Below, piece after piece: positions 26,537-43,299 of a DNA stretch of 64,000 nucleotides (position 1 is its first letter; the number at the start of each line of letters is the position of its first letter). The notes below the pieces were generated by a model that searched no databases, was not told where the DNA came from, and was given only the letters and a program-made list of their open reading frames with translations. Both the position numbers and the translations under genes were made by a program. The stretch covers positions 53,010,001 to 53,074,000 of the forward strand of contig OZ024745.1 of NCBI GenBank assembly GCA_964016885.1, written 5' to 3'. This DNA comes from Eledone cirrhosa. Lineage: Eukaryota.

Positions 26537-27878
26537 ATGTGGACTGGGGGTACATAAAGTTTGCAGTTATGGAATTCTCTAAAGGCATTGGTTAAACTAA
26601 CACTCTGGCATAAATACTCGTTTTGCGTTGTGTGATCGAACTCTAAATCATGTGTTTGCGAATCAAACCTCTTGACCTCCCAATCATGACAAAGCTATAT
26701 TTATTCAAACAGCTGCATGTTGCCATATCATGTAATTTATTTTATTCGTACTTACATTCTGAATTTTCATAAAAGTCATTATGCCTAAAAGCATCAGATG
26801 GATTAGTCACTTAGGTCTTTTGAGATATATGATATATGATTCTTTTTGATCCGTTCCAACGTTTTACATGATTATCTCGAAAAGTGTATTGGTTTTAAAA
26901 GCCCTGTACTGATAGATTCCGATATTTGCATAATTTCTGAAGACATGAGCTGGTATTTGCCAATAATATACCTTTTATACTACTAAGATTATACATGTAA
27001 AATGCAGATGGCTACTTCACTTCAGTCAAATATAATGAGGATTTGTTTCAATATTTCTTATCAAAGAACGATGGCACACGGTGGGGAAAATTAAACTGAA
27101 AACTAAGATTACTTGCTAAATTATGTAAATTTTGTACTTTATGAGAATCATTTATGTATTCTTTTAATACATAGATAATTAAAACATTTAATTCAGTTGT
27201 CTGTTCAATTACGTAAGACAAGTATCAGGTTCATTTCCCAAATGAAATAAGATAATCGAAGGCTACAGCCTGAAAATTAGAAAGATAAAATTATTTATAT
27301 GTAGAGCCTCGTGAGCATGTAAGCAATTAATTTAGTTTATCTCTTAGCTAGCTGCTTAGAGTAAACACAAGTCTTCCGGTGTACGAGTATATCGAATCTT
27401 CTTAAAGTATAGCTCTAAAGACATTGATCTGAGAAAAATGTAACTATTTAACAAGAAGATTTCTTATTAAACATGAACAAACTGGTTTGATTTGCAAGGA
27501 TGGAGGGTATTGTGGAGAATTTACCATTTCCAAACAGCATAATCGATGTAAATATAAATCAAATGCTGTAACCATGTTCTTAGCATAAAAGAAAAACTTG
27601 CGTAGAAATCATTGGTTTACTGTGTGTAGTTAGCTGCAGCAGCCTTAGCAGTAGCATTAATAATAAACATTGACGCCAGCTGCTATGCATATATTTGATT
27701 CATACGAATATCAGTAAATGCATTGGATGATTGTGACTTCGTTCCTTCAAGAGTCAATAAAATAAATATCAGTCAAGAATAGGATTCGATTAAATAGATT
27801 ACACACGTTTCTCGACATATATGACCTTGTTATTTGGTAAGAGAAAAAATATTAGTACTTATGAGAAAGTGCATAGTA

Positions 27879-28150
27879 TAATGATTTCTGCTCTAGGCAC
27901 AAGGCCAACAATATTTCGATTAAATCGACCCCAGTGCGATATTGGTGCTTTATCTTTTCGACCTCGTAAGGATGAAAGGCAAAGCTAACTTCGGTGGTGT
28001 TGTTTGTTTTGGTTCTTTACCTTCTGAGGTCAAATCTCACCGCAGTTTACTTTGATTTTCATACACAAGGTGTGACAAATATAGTAACAATCGAGTAGTA
28101 AGGTCGACTTTCAAAATTGCTGGCCTTGCGTCTGACTTAGAAACCATTAA
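27879..28150. mobile_element. Two decayed SINE copies in opposite orientation
   Basis: A minus copy (TAGGCACAAGGCC...AAGGATGAAAGGCAAAG) is followed by a plus copy (GAGGTCAAATCTCACCG...GCTGGCCTTGCGTCTGACTTAGAAACCATTA). Both are related to 16598-16782. Confidence 0.7.
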
Positions 28151-29135
28151 TTTCCCTCATATTCTTATTGAATTTAATTTAATTCTCCTTTCTACAATAA
28201 AATAAAATGCTAACGAATGTTTGTATTGAGTGATTCGACAATACTTTTCGTTGTGACGAAGGTGAGCCATTGTGCTAATGTTAGTTGTATACGTTAGTTG
28301 TCGCATTAGCAGGTTTTAAATAAACACAAGTTCAATTATATTCAGGAAGAAAGGAATATATACTTTTTTTTAAATATCAGCCCTACTAAATTTAGGGTAA
28401 CTATCGCTTAAAATGTTCTTAGGGAAATTATCACCATCATGAACAGCATTTGAATATTTCAATTGATTAATGTTTGAGGAAATATACGATATAACAGAAT
28501 GTATAAGATTTTTTTTTCTCTTTTTCCCCAGACGTTTCTATCAATATGAATACTCTTGTTCATTCAGAATTGAAATACTGGAGCAATATAACATTTCATT
28601 CGTTTTACTATATATGGGCATGTATGTTTTGCTAACTTAGAATCAAAACCTCGTCGGACTTATGTTATGGTAATGACATAATGATTCCAAAATCGGGTCC
28701 GATCGATACAGATCGAACCTTCAGCTGGTCAATCGTAAAGGGCGCGTCACAATAAATTTAATGAAGATTTCACACCGTTTCCTTTTTATTATTATTATTA
28801 TTATTATTACACTCTGCTTAGTACAACACCAACGCCCAAATCCCGATTGTATAATTTTACTCTTCTATCCCCTGCGAAATTTTAGTGCAAGTAATTTACA
28901 TCGATACAACAACTGAAGAATCAAATTCTATTTTACATTAAAAAAGTAAACATTATATATGACAAAAAAAGAACGTTACATGAAATCCCATATTTACGGA
29001 GGTACACTATGCAATTACCGGTCCCTCCCTCCCGCTTATAAGAATGTCAGCAAATACGCACACCTTCACATTTATTCCTACAACCACTCTATTATTTTGG
29101 GACCCGAGAGTATATATATATATATATATTCTATT

Positions 29136-29720
29136 CTAGGGCGGGTAAAATTCCCGAGATCCATGGACGAGTTCTCTCCAGCCGTCTCTGTCCCTCATTA
29201 TCGCTGCCATGCCCTGCGTCTCCAACAGACCAGTGTCTCTCCTTAGGGCATCAACATACGTTAACCTTGGTCTTCCTCTTCCAGTGTGTCCATGTAGGGG
29301 ATCCCACAGGAGCACTGAGTGCAATGTCAAGTCCGGATGTCGGTGAGCATGTCCAGCTAAACTCAGTCTCCTCTGTGTCACTTTTGAGCTGACTTTTGGG
29401 AGGCTCCCATACAGCTCTGAGTTTTTCATCCTCAGTGTATACTGATTAATGTTCAGAGCCATCCTCACCATTCTCGTATAGCACTCATCCACCATCTGAG
29501 TGAGTTTCTTGGTCAGTGTCCAAGTCTCAGACCCGTACAGCAGCACAGACTCCACTACAGCAATGAAGAGGCGGATTTTCAGGTCTTTACGAAGGTCCGA
29601 CTACCACACCGATCTCAAGCTGTGGCACGCCGCCTAGGCTTTGCTCTTCCTCTCAACCACATCATCTTCCGTATTCCCAATCTTTGCTCCCAAATAGAGG
29701 AAGTCCTCAACGAATTCTAG
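29136..29720 (-). mobile_element. RTE-clade LINE 3' fragment
   Basis: ESVLLYGSETWTLT...RRLSLAGHAHRH...GRGRPRLTY, with upstream DFLYLGA; between TA runs. Confidence 0.88.
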
Positions 29721-30771
29721 TATATATATATATATATTTATTCTGTCTTTGCGCGTAATTGTTTTTCACCGCTCCTATTAATGACGCATTATATTCGTTT
29801 TTCCCGTTCTTTGCCAGCGAACGTTTCCACGAACCAAAGTATCGTCTTCCTGTCTTCCTCCGGTTGCAACGTTTTTTGAAATATCCACTTCTGCGTTTAC
29901 AGATTGACTTTGTTAGTTTCAGAAGATCCCATTAAGGGTGAAAGCAGCGATTCTTTGCTTAAACTTTAATCTGTTATTTTAATAAATATTTGCTCTACGG
30001 TTCTTATATATTTGATATATAGTTATCCTTATCGAGCCCTCTTTGGATTTTAGTCTTCAAATTTATTATTATTACTATATATATATATATAGGAGCAGTC
30101 AATTGGAGAGGCCATATTTGTTCAATTTAGTTGTAGTGATTAGTTTAGCTCTTTGCCCTCTAAAATAGTCAGAAAATGCAATTTGATTCAAGCAGGTGAT
30201 ATTACATTTACAGATTTCAATAATTATAAAGTGATTATAGCAAAATAACCTATGAAATATGTCTCTAAATACACATCCTAGTAATTGGCAAATAGTGATA
30301 TGCGGAGAAATAGTTATGACATGAAAAAAATATTTACTATGAAAGTTAACATAAAATACTACCAAATATCAATCAAGATATAAAAAAGAATTCTATAGAT
30401 GATAAACATATGTAGCGCATATACATATAGATGTGTATTTTGGTAGTTTGGGGAGAAAAATATAATCATTGGTGTGGCCATGGTCCTCTGCCAAAGTTCC
30501 ACAGACCCTGTATATATATATGTGTGTGTGTATATATATATATATGTGTGTGTGTGTGCGTGTGTGTCCGTGCGTGTGTATTTAGAGTGAAATGAAGGTA
30601 ATTGTTTGGCATAGTAAGGTATATGTGACAAATGAGACGAATGGCGTGACTTGTGGCTGGTAGTCTCCAATAGTTCGAAGCTTTACAACGAGTTCCACAA
30701 CACTTATTAATAACCACTCGTTGTAAAATGTTGACATAATGAATACCAACAACCAGTGAAGTCTTTCTCCT

Positions 30772-30835
<64 letters not shown>

Positions 30836-30840
30836 TATAT

Positions 30841-31010
30841 ATATGAAAATATTCAGGACCACTACGGCTGAGCCCCGGCCGATTCGAATCTAGCTGTCGA
30901 AACGGCCGGTGCTCAGCCGTGCCTGAATCTTTTCATATTCTACTACCTCAAGTATTGAGTACTCTGGTGCTGAATGGTCCACTTGGTATCTTACCACACC
31001 GTCTTTGTTA
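30841..31010 (+). mobile_element. Mini inverted PLE end related to family B: hairpin 30841-30938 plus conserved 3' tail
   Basis: Self-complementary arms. The AAGTATTGAGTACTCTGGTGC...TTACCAC...CTTTGTTA tail is shared with 38530-38590 and 53006-53062(-). Confidence 0.75.
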
Positions 31011-32005
31011 TATATATAAATATATAAATAAACAAAAACCAGCATACATCGGTATATTCCGTTAATATTAGTAGTAGTAATTTTATTGTTGTGTAGTTTA
31101 TTTTCAAAAAGGTATGATTCGGATTTTTCCCTTGTATAAAGAACTTTTATTTTTACCCTAGTTATATATTTACATTTTTATTGCTTTGGTGTCAATATAC
31201 CTGTTATAGGTAGCATAAATATAGGCTTTATTAATACTCATAAACATCGCGGCCGATAAATGTTTTAAAAACCTAATATCCAATATAAATGTAAATAAAA
31301 TTGTAATATGCTGCCTCAGACGAAGAATCAAATTACGTCGTAATAATTTTCATCGAATACAATTTTACATTATTTATATATGGATGTGTGTGTGTGTGTG
31401 TGTGTGAGCGTGCACGCGTATATCTAAACAAAAATCGACAAATATATATATATATATACATATTTATATTTGTATATTTCAATACAACATTGAACACAAG
31501 CGTTTATGAAGCTCATAAAACAAGTAAGAAACTCAGACGTAACTGCAAATACAGTCGATTGCTATAAAAAATAGCTTAGAACATTGGGTAAAATACCCTT
31601 GAAGCCAGATACCCATTGAGCTAGACTAACGGTGAACACAGACACATTGTCGTGCAAGGAAATAAGACCACTAATATTTTCGTAATTCTTTTTAGAATAG
31701 CTGTTTGAAGATCTTGACTTGGCGGTTGGTAGGATTATTATAGATTTTAGTGGTAATAGGTCATAAATGTTACTAGATGGGGACATTGTTTCACTGGTTG
31801 AAAAAGTTATGTGAGAATTGGAAGGTTTGTTGGGTTTTAATAAGGAGGAGCAGACTATATATATATATATTGAATATATATATATTATGTATATATATAT
31901 ATATTGTGTATATATATATATTTTTGCGAGCAATGAAACTTGATGTGGATTTAACCCCCAAAACTCTTTCCGAGCAATATAAGGAACACTTGTGATTATT
32001 TATGC

Positions 32006-32040
32006 CCTTGAGAAGCCCAACTGGGCGAAACGTACGTAGG
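32006..32040 (+). ncRNA. Minimal hammerhead motif, U3-A8 core
   Basis: CC-TTGAGAA-GCCCA(ac)TGGGC-GAA-ACGTACGT-A-GG, with AATAAA shortly downstream. Confidence 0.65.
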
Positions 32041-32262
32041 TGATATTTTAAATAAACATGTTTTAACGGTCTATTCTCCGATTTCTTACTTTCCCACGTG
32101 CTTACGCTCTGCTAACTCTCTAGCCCACTAAATATTAACACTTCGAATATTTAATACTGCCGGCACTAGTATCGAGCATCTTTGGCATACGCTACTTGGC
32201 AAATAACTATATGTATCACCTAATCCCTCCCTTTTTTTTTCTCTTTCTCGATACGTAAATAC

Positions 32263-32545
<283 letters not shown>

Positions 32546-32683
32546 CTGATGGACAGTATGGCAGCAAATATTGACCACAATTTATGATGATGTAGAAAAA
32601 CAACAACCAATAGCAAGACAAGCGAGGAAGATGATTTTTTAAGCTAACACCCCAGTGAGAAAATTTGTTCCGACAGTATTGCC

Positions 32684-32773
32684 TGTGTCCGAAGAACCTG
32701 CAGATCTAGAATCAGACAGATCCATACAATGATCGTGTCTCGAGCTATCTGCCGGCGAAACAATTGTAACACA
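32684..32773 (+). ncRNA. Type I hammerhead motif (U4C core, long stem II)
   Basis: TGTGT-CCGAAGA-A-CCTGCAGAT...ATCTGCCGG-C-GAA-ACAATTGT-A-ACACA, then AATAAA. Confidence 0.7.
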
Positions 32774-33112
32774 CAATAAACTAAGTCCAGATGCATCACT
32801 GATTTTTCGTTTTATATTATATCACACTCTGCTCTGTAAGAACATAGAGTGCTCAACTGGCATACAGCCTATGGAAGCATCATAGCTACCATTAAACACA
32901 CACACACACACACACACACACGAAACGAGACGTCCGACTGGGAAGAGATATATTTGATATATCTCATATGAAATAATACAGACAATTTTGCACACAATAC
33001 AATTAGTTAGCACCCCGAACGTTTAATTAGGAATATACTCACTTATTTCCTAAATTTTGTTGAGTGAGTTGGGATTTGGCCGGAGTATCGCTATTAGCTT
33101 CCTCCGATAATG

Positions 33113-33175
<63 letters not shown>

Positions 33176-33784
33176 CAAGAAAGAGAGAGAGTACAGATTT
33201 GACCGCCACACATCATTCATTTTCGTATACTTTGATTTCCACACTGGCTTCTACCACACGCGTATACAGATAGTCATACAATCTTATGCATTCACAAACA
33301 CAGGTTAATAACCGCATAAAATCATACAAATACATAGATATGCACACAAATTTACAGACGTTCACATAAATACATTGAGGCACTCACACCTATGCATATG
33401 AAAATATACATAAGAAATACAGAGAGAAACGCGTATAAATAAATACACACACACGCACGCACGTGTAGACACACGTAATACCACCCATTACATGCATCAA
33501 CTCTCCACCTCGGCACCCGACCCCGCACTCTAGACTACTCTTCTAACCTGCTCACACTTCTAAAAGGTTTTGTCAACATTACAACCATTGATGTTTTAAC
33601 TCACTCCAAACTTCTATTTCTTAAAGAAGGAATTATCTCCGATATGTTGAGACATTTATTTGCTATGTATTTCCTTTTCCCTTATCTTCATTATCAAGCG
33701 TGAACCTAATGCGACTTTGTATTTTGCATCTGTGTTTGTCTTGTTCATTCTCTCTCTCTCTCTCTCTGTATATATATATATATA

Positions 33785-33922
33785 TATTTATTAAAATAAC
33801 AGATTAAAGTTTAAGCAAAGAATCAGTGCTTTCACCCTTAACAGGTTAGTTTCAGAAGATCCCGTTAATTGTGAAAGCAGCGATTCTTTGCTTAAACTTT
33901 AATCTGTTATTTTAATAAATAT
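33785..33922. repeat. Inverted repeat of family C ends (arms about 33785-33835 and 33871-33922)
   Basis: Reverse-complement arms beside (TA)n. Confidence 0.85.
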
Positions 33923-33959
33923 TTGCTCTACGGTTCTTATATATTTGATATATATATAA

Positions 33960-34825
33960 AATGTAATCGTTTTGGAAGCCTCAACAATGCAGATGGGTAA
34001 ATCTCCGGGTAACAGAATCCGGTGGTCAAGAGAGAGATGTAAGAAGAAATGTAGAATGAGTAGTGTGTGGAGAAACGTAGGAAACAGCGTAAAAATAAAA
34101 ATAATAACACGAGAGATTTAATTTCCCCTATATTTCGGATTTCGCACCCATCAACTAGGTGGTTTCCGAGGGGGAAAGTTATCTGTCGTAGAGGAACGGT
34201 ACGTGGCCCCTGTTGTCCGCTGTTTGTGTGTAACTGAGATATTCTGTAAAGCGGGCGTGCGCGCGGAATAGGTGCGGTCAAGCAGAGGTCGAGGCAGTTC
34301 CTCTTTATTGTGAGATTGGGATGGTGCTTCGCTGTCAATCTATTATACTCCCAATATTCAGTCTTTGATACTGGTAGTGTTGGTAGTCTGCCTGGTCGCT
34401 TGTTGGTCGGTGGATGGTGGGGGCGCTAATCACGCAATAACAATCGTTCGAATGCCACTGTGTGTGTGTGTGTGTGTGTGCTGTTGTCCTGTTTATTTAC
34501 ACCAGCCACCTCGTCTCGCTTCTCTTTGATCGGTTATTTATTTGTGGTCCTAGGCGTTTGATCCAAAGTGCTTCCTTGATTCGTCACGTGCCGACGTTGC
34601 CTTCTGTCCTTAGCACTGTGACAATGGGCCTTCCGTCTTTGTTTCGGCATTTGGTTATGTGTTTCCTTAAAGACGAGGCGCTGGTGTTGATGTGCTCCTT
34701 GATCCGGATATGTAGCGGCCGGATTGTGCTACCGATATAGTAGTGATTGCATTTGTCACATTCTACCCTGTATACAACGTATGGGCGTAAGCAACAGTTC
34801 GTTTGGCGCATTGGACAGTTTCTGG
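33960..34825 (-). mobile_element. PLE GIY-YIG fragment plus 3' UTR, related to 20299-22436
   Basis: NCCLRPYVVYRVECDKCNHYYIGSTIRPLHIRIKEHINTSASS. Confidence 0.85.
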
Positions 34826-35428
34826 CTATTTCTGGACTAAATTAGAATTTTTACCCTGGTGAATAAATAGCCGAACTTTTCATATGGGAAGATTGTAGTT
34901 ATCAAGAGGATTGGTTAAACTTTGTTGTAAACACAAATAAGTCTATCATGGCATTTGGTGGGAGGTAGGGGTGGCTGAACTTGCCTGTAGAACAATAGGG
35001 GAGTGAGTGGAGCGGTCAAGCGTTGAAAATGATATGTATACAGCAGATTCTAAGGATAGTGTATGAAGTGGAGGAGGGAGGTTATAGAATAGGTAAATCG
35101 AATGAGAGTAGGAAACAATAAAAGATAATAGAAAGAAATAAAATTAGATAGTGAGAAATGAATACAAAAAATCACAATGCTATCTTACAATTACAGGTTA
35201 ATAAGTTAAGAATAGAAAAAACTTGTAGAAATTGAGTAGTACCAGAACTGATACAAAATTAAAGGGGTTTAACACGTCTGCTATAAGTAGTTAGTAAAAC
35301 GTATTCGGCTAATTCCATCTTAAAATTACAGGGGTTGGGGAACTGATGCTACACAGGCCCGATGGTCTGCATCGGGGTAGGCGATAGAGGAAAAGCAGAC
35401 GAGGAAGAGAAATTTCTTCACCCGCACG

Positions 35429-37321
35429 ATGCGAAAACACAACATCGACTTCTCCACCAAGAACATCCCAGTTCCACCGAGAAAACTTTACCTTCGGATG
35501 CTCACGCAAAAAATCGACCTTTTTGCGAAAAGACTTAGATGGAGAACTTTTTTCTACGATAGATACCGCGACAATCAGGACTTCGACACCAAGGAGAGTT
35601 TCGGATTCAATACCTACAAATCTCCCCTCCGAACCCTATGCTCTCACCCTTCGAGAACGACCTTTTCCACCTGGTCAAGAACATTAAATTCAAAGCCAGA
35701 CACAACAGATTCCTACAACAACTCCGTAGCAAAATAACAGATTATGAAAACAGCAACGACATCATAGTGCACTCGGACAAAACTAGAAACCTCTACTTCG
35801 TAAACCCTGACAGAGTTGTACCAAAAGTTAAGCAAAACGTGAGACTTAGCCTATGGGTCAGCACCCAGGAAGTAATCTCATGGTTCAGGAATATGGAGGA
35901 CAAACTAGACACAAAATTCATCCAGTTTGACATAGAGAGCTACTATGCATATATTACCTTACCGCTCCTTACGGTCGCCTTGGACTTTCCCGAAACACTC
36001 ACGCCCATCACTGACCAGGAGAGAAATATCATTCTCCACGCCAGGAAGACAGTCCTACTTTTCGAAAACTACAAGTGGATAAAGAGAGCTCCCGACTCCC
36101 CCTTCGACGTCAGTATGGGCGCGACGGATTCGGCCGAGGTCACAGATCTTTTAGGATTATTCCTACTATTTAAACTCACCGAAATGTTTCCTGCATTCGG
36201 CGGTGGATTATACCGGGATGATGGGCTCCTCACCCTCAAAGAGTACAACGCCAGTAGTACAGATCGGATCCGTAAACAACTAATCAACTTCTTCCGGGAC
36301 TGGGGATTTAAAATCACCCTACCAACGTCCCTAACCCGAGTCAATTTCCTGGACGTTACCCTTAACCTCGAAAATGATCTATATTACCCATACAGGAAAC
36401 CAAACGACATCCTGCACTACATCCACCGCCGCTCTAACCATCCTAGAATCATCACCAATAACCTTGTTAAAAACATCTCCCTCCGCATATCTCGTTTGTC
36501 CGCTAATGAGCAGATATTCGACGAACACGCGCCTCATTACAACCAGGCCCTCAAGCGGAGTGGCTTCTGGGAGGAAATATCCTTTTATCCAGCTTCCCTT
36601 AGCGGAACCAGTAGGTGACACCGCCGCTCACGCAACGTAACGTGGTTCAATCCTCCCCATAATGCCGAGGTGGCAACACCTATCGGGAAAATCTTATTTA
36701 GACTTCTCGAAAAACACTTCCCACTACAACACCGCTACCACAACATAAACAACAAAAACACCATCAAACTCTCCTACGGCACCACACCTAATTTCGCACA
36801 AAACATCCTCTCCTCAAACAACAAAAAACTTAACCCCTATGGAAGAAATAACCTAGACATCAGTGGAAAGCCGACCAGGAGGTGCAACTGCCCTGATAGA
36901 TCTACGTGCCCCCTCAACAACAAATGCCGAGAACGTAACGTGATCTACCAGTCCAACGTGAGGATGAACACCTCCAACAAAGCTTATATAGGATTAACCG
37001 TGTGTGACTTCAACACCCGGCTCTACCAACACCGACATACACTCCGAAACCCGGTCCGGCGACATGCCACTACACTTTCGGGCAACATCTGGGACCTCCA
37101 AGATAATAATATAACCTACAATCTCACTTGGAGCTTACTGTCCAGAGCTAACTCTTACACGGAGGACCCCGTCCGTGTAACTTATGCTCGGAGGAAACAT
37201 TACAAATGTTGTTTTCGAAGGACCAACTCATAAACAAGAAAGACGAACTGGTAACCGCATGTAAACACAGATTGCGTAGGACTTACCTCGCCCTTAAACC
37301 CAATAACGACCCGGGTGGGTA
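35429..37321 (+). pseudogene. PLE RT + GIY-YIG pseudogene (frameshifts, stop, internal deletion)
   Basis: STKNIPVP..RLRWRTFF, IQFDIESYY, FDVSMGATDSAEV, GLYRDDGL, CNC...CPLNNKC and AYIGLT. Confidence 0.92.
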
Positions 37322-37744
37322 GAAAAGGGCTGATACCCCCCCCCCCCCCACCACCACCACCACCACCACCACCACCACCACACACACCCACTTGCCGAAT
37401 AAGTTAGGGGAAACCCCACCTTACTTAGGTAGATGTATCTCTTTTCTTTTCTTTTCCTCTTTGTCTTCTTCCTCCTGTCTCTTCCTATCATTTCCTTCCA
37501 ACCCCTATTTTCTTACTCGTCTGCTTTTCCCCTTTCGCCAACCCCGATGCAGCCCATCGGGCCTCTGTAGCATCAGTTCCCCCAACCCTGTAATTTTAAG
37601 ATAGAATTGGCCGAATACGTTTTACTAACTACTTATAGCAGACGTGTTAAAACCCTTTAATTTTGTATCAGTTCTGGTACTATTCAATTTCTACAATTTT
37701 TTTCTATTCTCAAATTATTAACCTGTAATTGTAAGATAGCATTA

Positions 37745-38480
37745 TCAGTGGAGACTCCAGCTCGACATTCTATAGAGGGCTGGTACGCAGCAGGTGCAAT
37801 GACCCCCTCGGAGAAGCCCTAGGCATGGAGGAAGACGAACTGGCTAGCCTGTTCGGTAGGACATTTAGCCCGGGACCCATGGACAACTTCCAGAGGTCCC
37901 TGGCCTGGCAGTACTACCGAGGGGCTCTGCCCGTTCGAGAAAAGCTCTACAGACACGGGCGCCCGGGGAGAGATCCCTCGAAAAGGATCTGTCCCAGATG
38001 CGTGCGCGACGAGGAATCCGTCGCGCATGCATTGGTACACTGCCCGGGCGTCGCCTATCTGTGGGGATACATCGAACGACTAGTGTAACGGGAGGGACCT
38101 ATCCGGTTGACCACCGAGTCTATTATAACGATCAAGTCGCCTCCCCCCTTCAAAAATGAAGGAGAGGCGGTGTTTCTGTGCGTAATAGCCATGGGGAAAG
38201 AGGTTGTATGTTGGACGCGTTTGAAAGGACTGAGGTCAGACACCTTTCGCTCTGGCCAACAACTGGTCCTTTTCTTCCAACAAGGGGGCACACTCTCTGT
38301 GCTCCTGGGGAGAAGGGTTGCACACTTTTTGTGTGACCCCCCAAAACGCCTCCTCCATATTGAGGACTTTATTGTTAATTTTATATTTGTTATTGGGTAT
38401 TGTTTACTCGTTCTTTTGTGTAAACTCCCCCCTTTGTATTTGTCCCCTTCTTTTGCGCCCTCGTGGCAATAAATAGAAAT
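37745..38480 (+). mobile_element. 5'-truncated Tx1/L1-like LINE inserted in the PLE 3' UTR
   Basis: Closely similar to the reverse complement of 61660-62590. Contains CPRC..EESVAHALVHC and ends at AATAAA. Confidence 0.9.
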
Positions 38481-38600
38481 ATATCAAATTTTATATATTT
38501 TTTAAGTTCTTTCTATTATCTTTTACCCTAAGTATTGAGTACTCTGGTGCGTTATGGTCCATCTGGTTCCTTACCACAATTCCTTTGTTATATATATATA

Positions 38601-40542
<1,942 letters not shown>

Positions 40543-41079
40543 GAAATTACTAATTATTTAATTTTGAATGTAAATATATTTATTATGGCGAAATAGTTTA
40601 TTACTAATAGTGGGTTAGTCTACTATGGATATTACCTGGAATATATAGAATATGTTTTGCACTTTGTAAATGAAACAGCAGTCATAATACAATTTAAAAA
40701 ACTAAATTATACATGTGTATGTTGATGTTTTCTTAATATATGATGTGGTCCGTGCGTATATAATACGAAGTCAATAGTGAGTAAACATTTATATTCACAG
40801 AAACGTAAAGTAATTGTGATGAAGAAAGTATGCTTTTGATACATATATGTCAAAATATAGAGAAATTAAAATATTCACTCATAATGTAGATATTATCAAG
40901 ATCGTATTAAGATAGGCCAGTATCGTAATGAAACAAACGGAGAAATAATGGCTCGGGTTGTGACTATAAAACGATTGTTCGCTGCTGCGAAAAGTACGTA
41001 TTAAGACGTATTGAGGTTGCAAATCTCTTCCATTGCTATTTATGTAATAAATATAACTTTCAAAGATCAAAATACAATT

Positions 41080-41420
41080 ATGATCATAAAATTCAGAAAA
41101 TTTTGGAAAACCGGTATCCCAAAATAATATAGATTCTAACAATGAAGGCAGACAGATCAATAACAGCAAACCAACCAGACATAATAGTCCATGATAAACA
41201 ACAAAGATAATTATGTTAATTGATATTACTGTCCTATTATATTGTCACACTACAGACGTAGAAAAAGAAAAAGTGGAGAAATAATTTGATCTAGCAAGAC
41301 AACAAGACGTATGAGATTAAATGCAAAATTATAGGCAAAGCGAGTAGAACTTTGTGTTACAATAACCAACAGACTCAGAGTTAGACATTAAAAAGATACT
41401 TTGATTATATATTTAGCCGT
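41080..41420 (+). mobile_element. Decayed restriction-like endonuclease region of an R2/R4/NeSL-type non-LTR element
   Basis: Manual translation ADRSITANQPDIIVHDK...LIDITV. Confidence 0.65.
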
Positions 41421-43299
41421 ACTTAAATACGAACCACATTAAAAATTCTCATCAGGTTTTCCAATATTATAATTAATAAAACACAAAGACTATAAGGAAG
41501 TTCAGTGTCTATAAGTTTTAAGATCCTTCAAATAATAATATCATATATAAGGATTTCTAGATGGTTTGTCACTGTTCTTGACATTGTACTTGTTTTTTGT
41601 TTGTTTGTTTGTTTTGGAGTTGTTATTGCTTAGTCCCAGGTTATTGTTCATCGACATTTGAATAGGGAATGCAAGCGATAGTTATGTTGTATATTTGTTT
41701 TTCTTTTTGATATTGTTGTTGTTGCGGATGTGCTTCTGATTGGATTTGTGATATAATTGGTTACATGTACTCTCAGGTGTGCAGTTGTTGATAGTGGTGT
41801 AGATGCTGGTGGTGCTTGAGGGCGAATAGAGTAAGATGGTTTTTTTGTGGCAGACGGTTGGCACTCCTCCAATCCATATCCAATTGTTTGACGTTGGAGA
41901 GGGGTATGTCTGCCACGACCATTGGTGTCGTTGAATATATTCTGACTGTCGGTGGCACTCCAGTTGCTCTTTTTTTCCCCGTCCATACTTTAGGTGAAGG
42001 TGCCAATGTCGAGGCTCTCACATTCAGCGCGGAAGTTCTTGGCATCCTCACTGCCTTTGTTGTCATTGCTTGTTTTGTGATCAATGGTGCGGCTAGGGTC
42101 GTTTTCCAACGTGGCTACTGTGGTGGTAATTTATTTGTATCTAGTTGCGTGCAGAAAGCTGTTTAGTGGGTGACACCTTAGTCAATTTCAATCCACGAAT
42201 GCTGCCAGACGCATGTCGTATGGGATATGGATCACGTTTGGGTTGGTATGAAAGGATTGCTTGTCTGTTTGGATGAGGAGATAAATCTCCGATACGGAAA
42301 ATTTCTCTGTTCTCATATTTCTGACTTCATGCACAGTTGCCCTCGATGCCAGCGGAGACGTCCGATATTTCCTAATAGAACTCTATTTCGAACAAGACCT
42401 GTGTCACCCTCACATTATACAATCTTGTGCCGCATTAAGTTGGCATGATGATTACATCTTTGCCTCGTAGAGTTGTGAGTCAAAGTCACTTCGCCTCTTC
42501 CACGGTGGAAAATCTAACTTAAACTATATCATATCGTCTACCTTGGTTGATATGCGTTTAATGTTTTGTTTCAACACACGCCGAAGTACGTTTTGAATAC
42601 TAGATTTAGCGTCTCATTGAACCTTCCATCACTTGGTGCCTCTCATTATATATGTAACAGCGAGGAGACGTGCCTCATCAATTACAATTTGTGGCGTTTG
42701 GAAGATGACTCTGTTGCCGTTCTTTTAAATTATGGCCCTGAGTTATTTTACCATGTTTTCCTCGTATGATATTTTTCAGTGTTCTGTTATATGTATACAG
42801 AGGTCTTATTCGACGCCAGTTTGAAGGAATTTTAGGCTCAAATATTATGAGTTCGCTTTTACTTTGGGCAATGTACAGAACCCTATTTACAATTTATAAC
42901 AAACATTTTAACAAGGAATGTTTTACAAACCAAGTACAATCAACAAAATTTACAGAGCAAATGTACACGTGACTAAACTAAAGAAACTAATAATAGTTCT
43001 AATAATAAGAATAATAACCATGAATGACAGCATCTAGAAAACAATAATCAAAATCAGTTGTAGAAAGAATATACCTACAACAAACAAGAGAATAAAAGAA
43101 CCTCATTCAGCTAAAACACTATTATAATATAACCACTATACCACTACAAAAATATGTAATGAAAAATACGGGAAAGTTAATATCCTCGAAACACGAACGA
43201 AGCAGGAATTTGTTTTCAATCTTCATGGAAGCCAACACTTTCAAAGGAAATTGTCAGATAATGAAAAAAATGAAAAAGAACGAAACAATAACAGTAATG

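Larger units (their letters stand above)
34826..38590 (+). mobile_element. PLE family B (Hydra-clade-like): inverted upstream pseudo-LTR 34826-35413, decayed ORF 35429-37321, 3' UTR interrupted by a Tx1 fragment, tail at 38530-38590
   Basis: 35176-35413 is the reverse complement of 37507-37743. The protein is homologous to 4114-6312. Confidence 0.9.

Noticed and set aside
33618-33655. TTAAAGAAGGAATTATCTCCGATATG, resembling the 22286 motif
   Set aside because: Both core boxes are mutated; probably a relic in a solo PLE 3' UTR
37150-37180. Programmed frameshift before the CxxC tail (family B is shifted near the same place as family A)
   Set aside because: The related copy at 53972-54346 is in frame, so ordinary indels or homopolymer errors are more likely
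41650-42560. GC-richer minus-strand segment, possibly a LINE ORF1 remnant
   Set aside because: No diagnostic motif that I can support by eye
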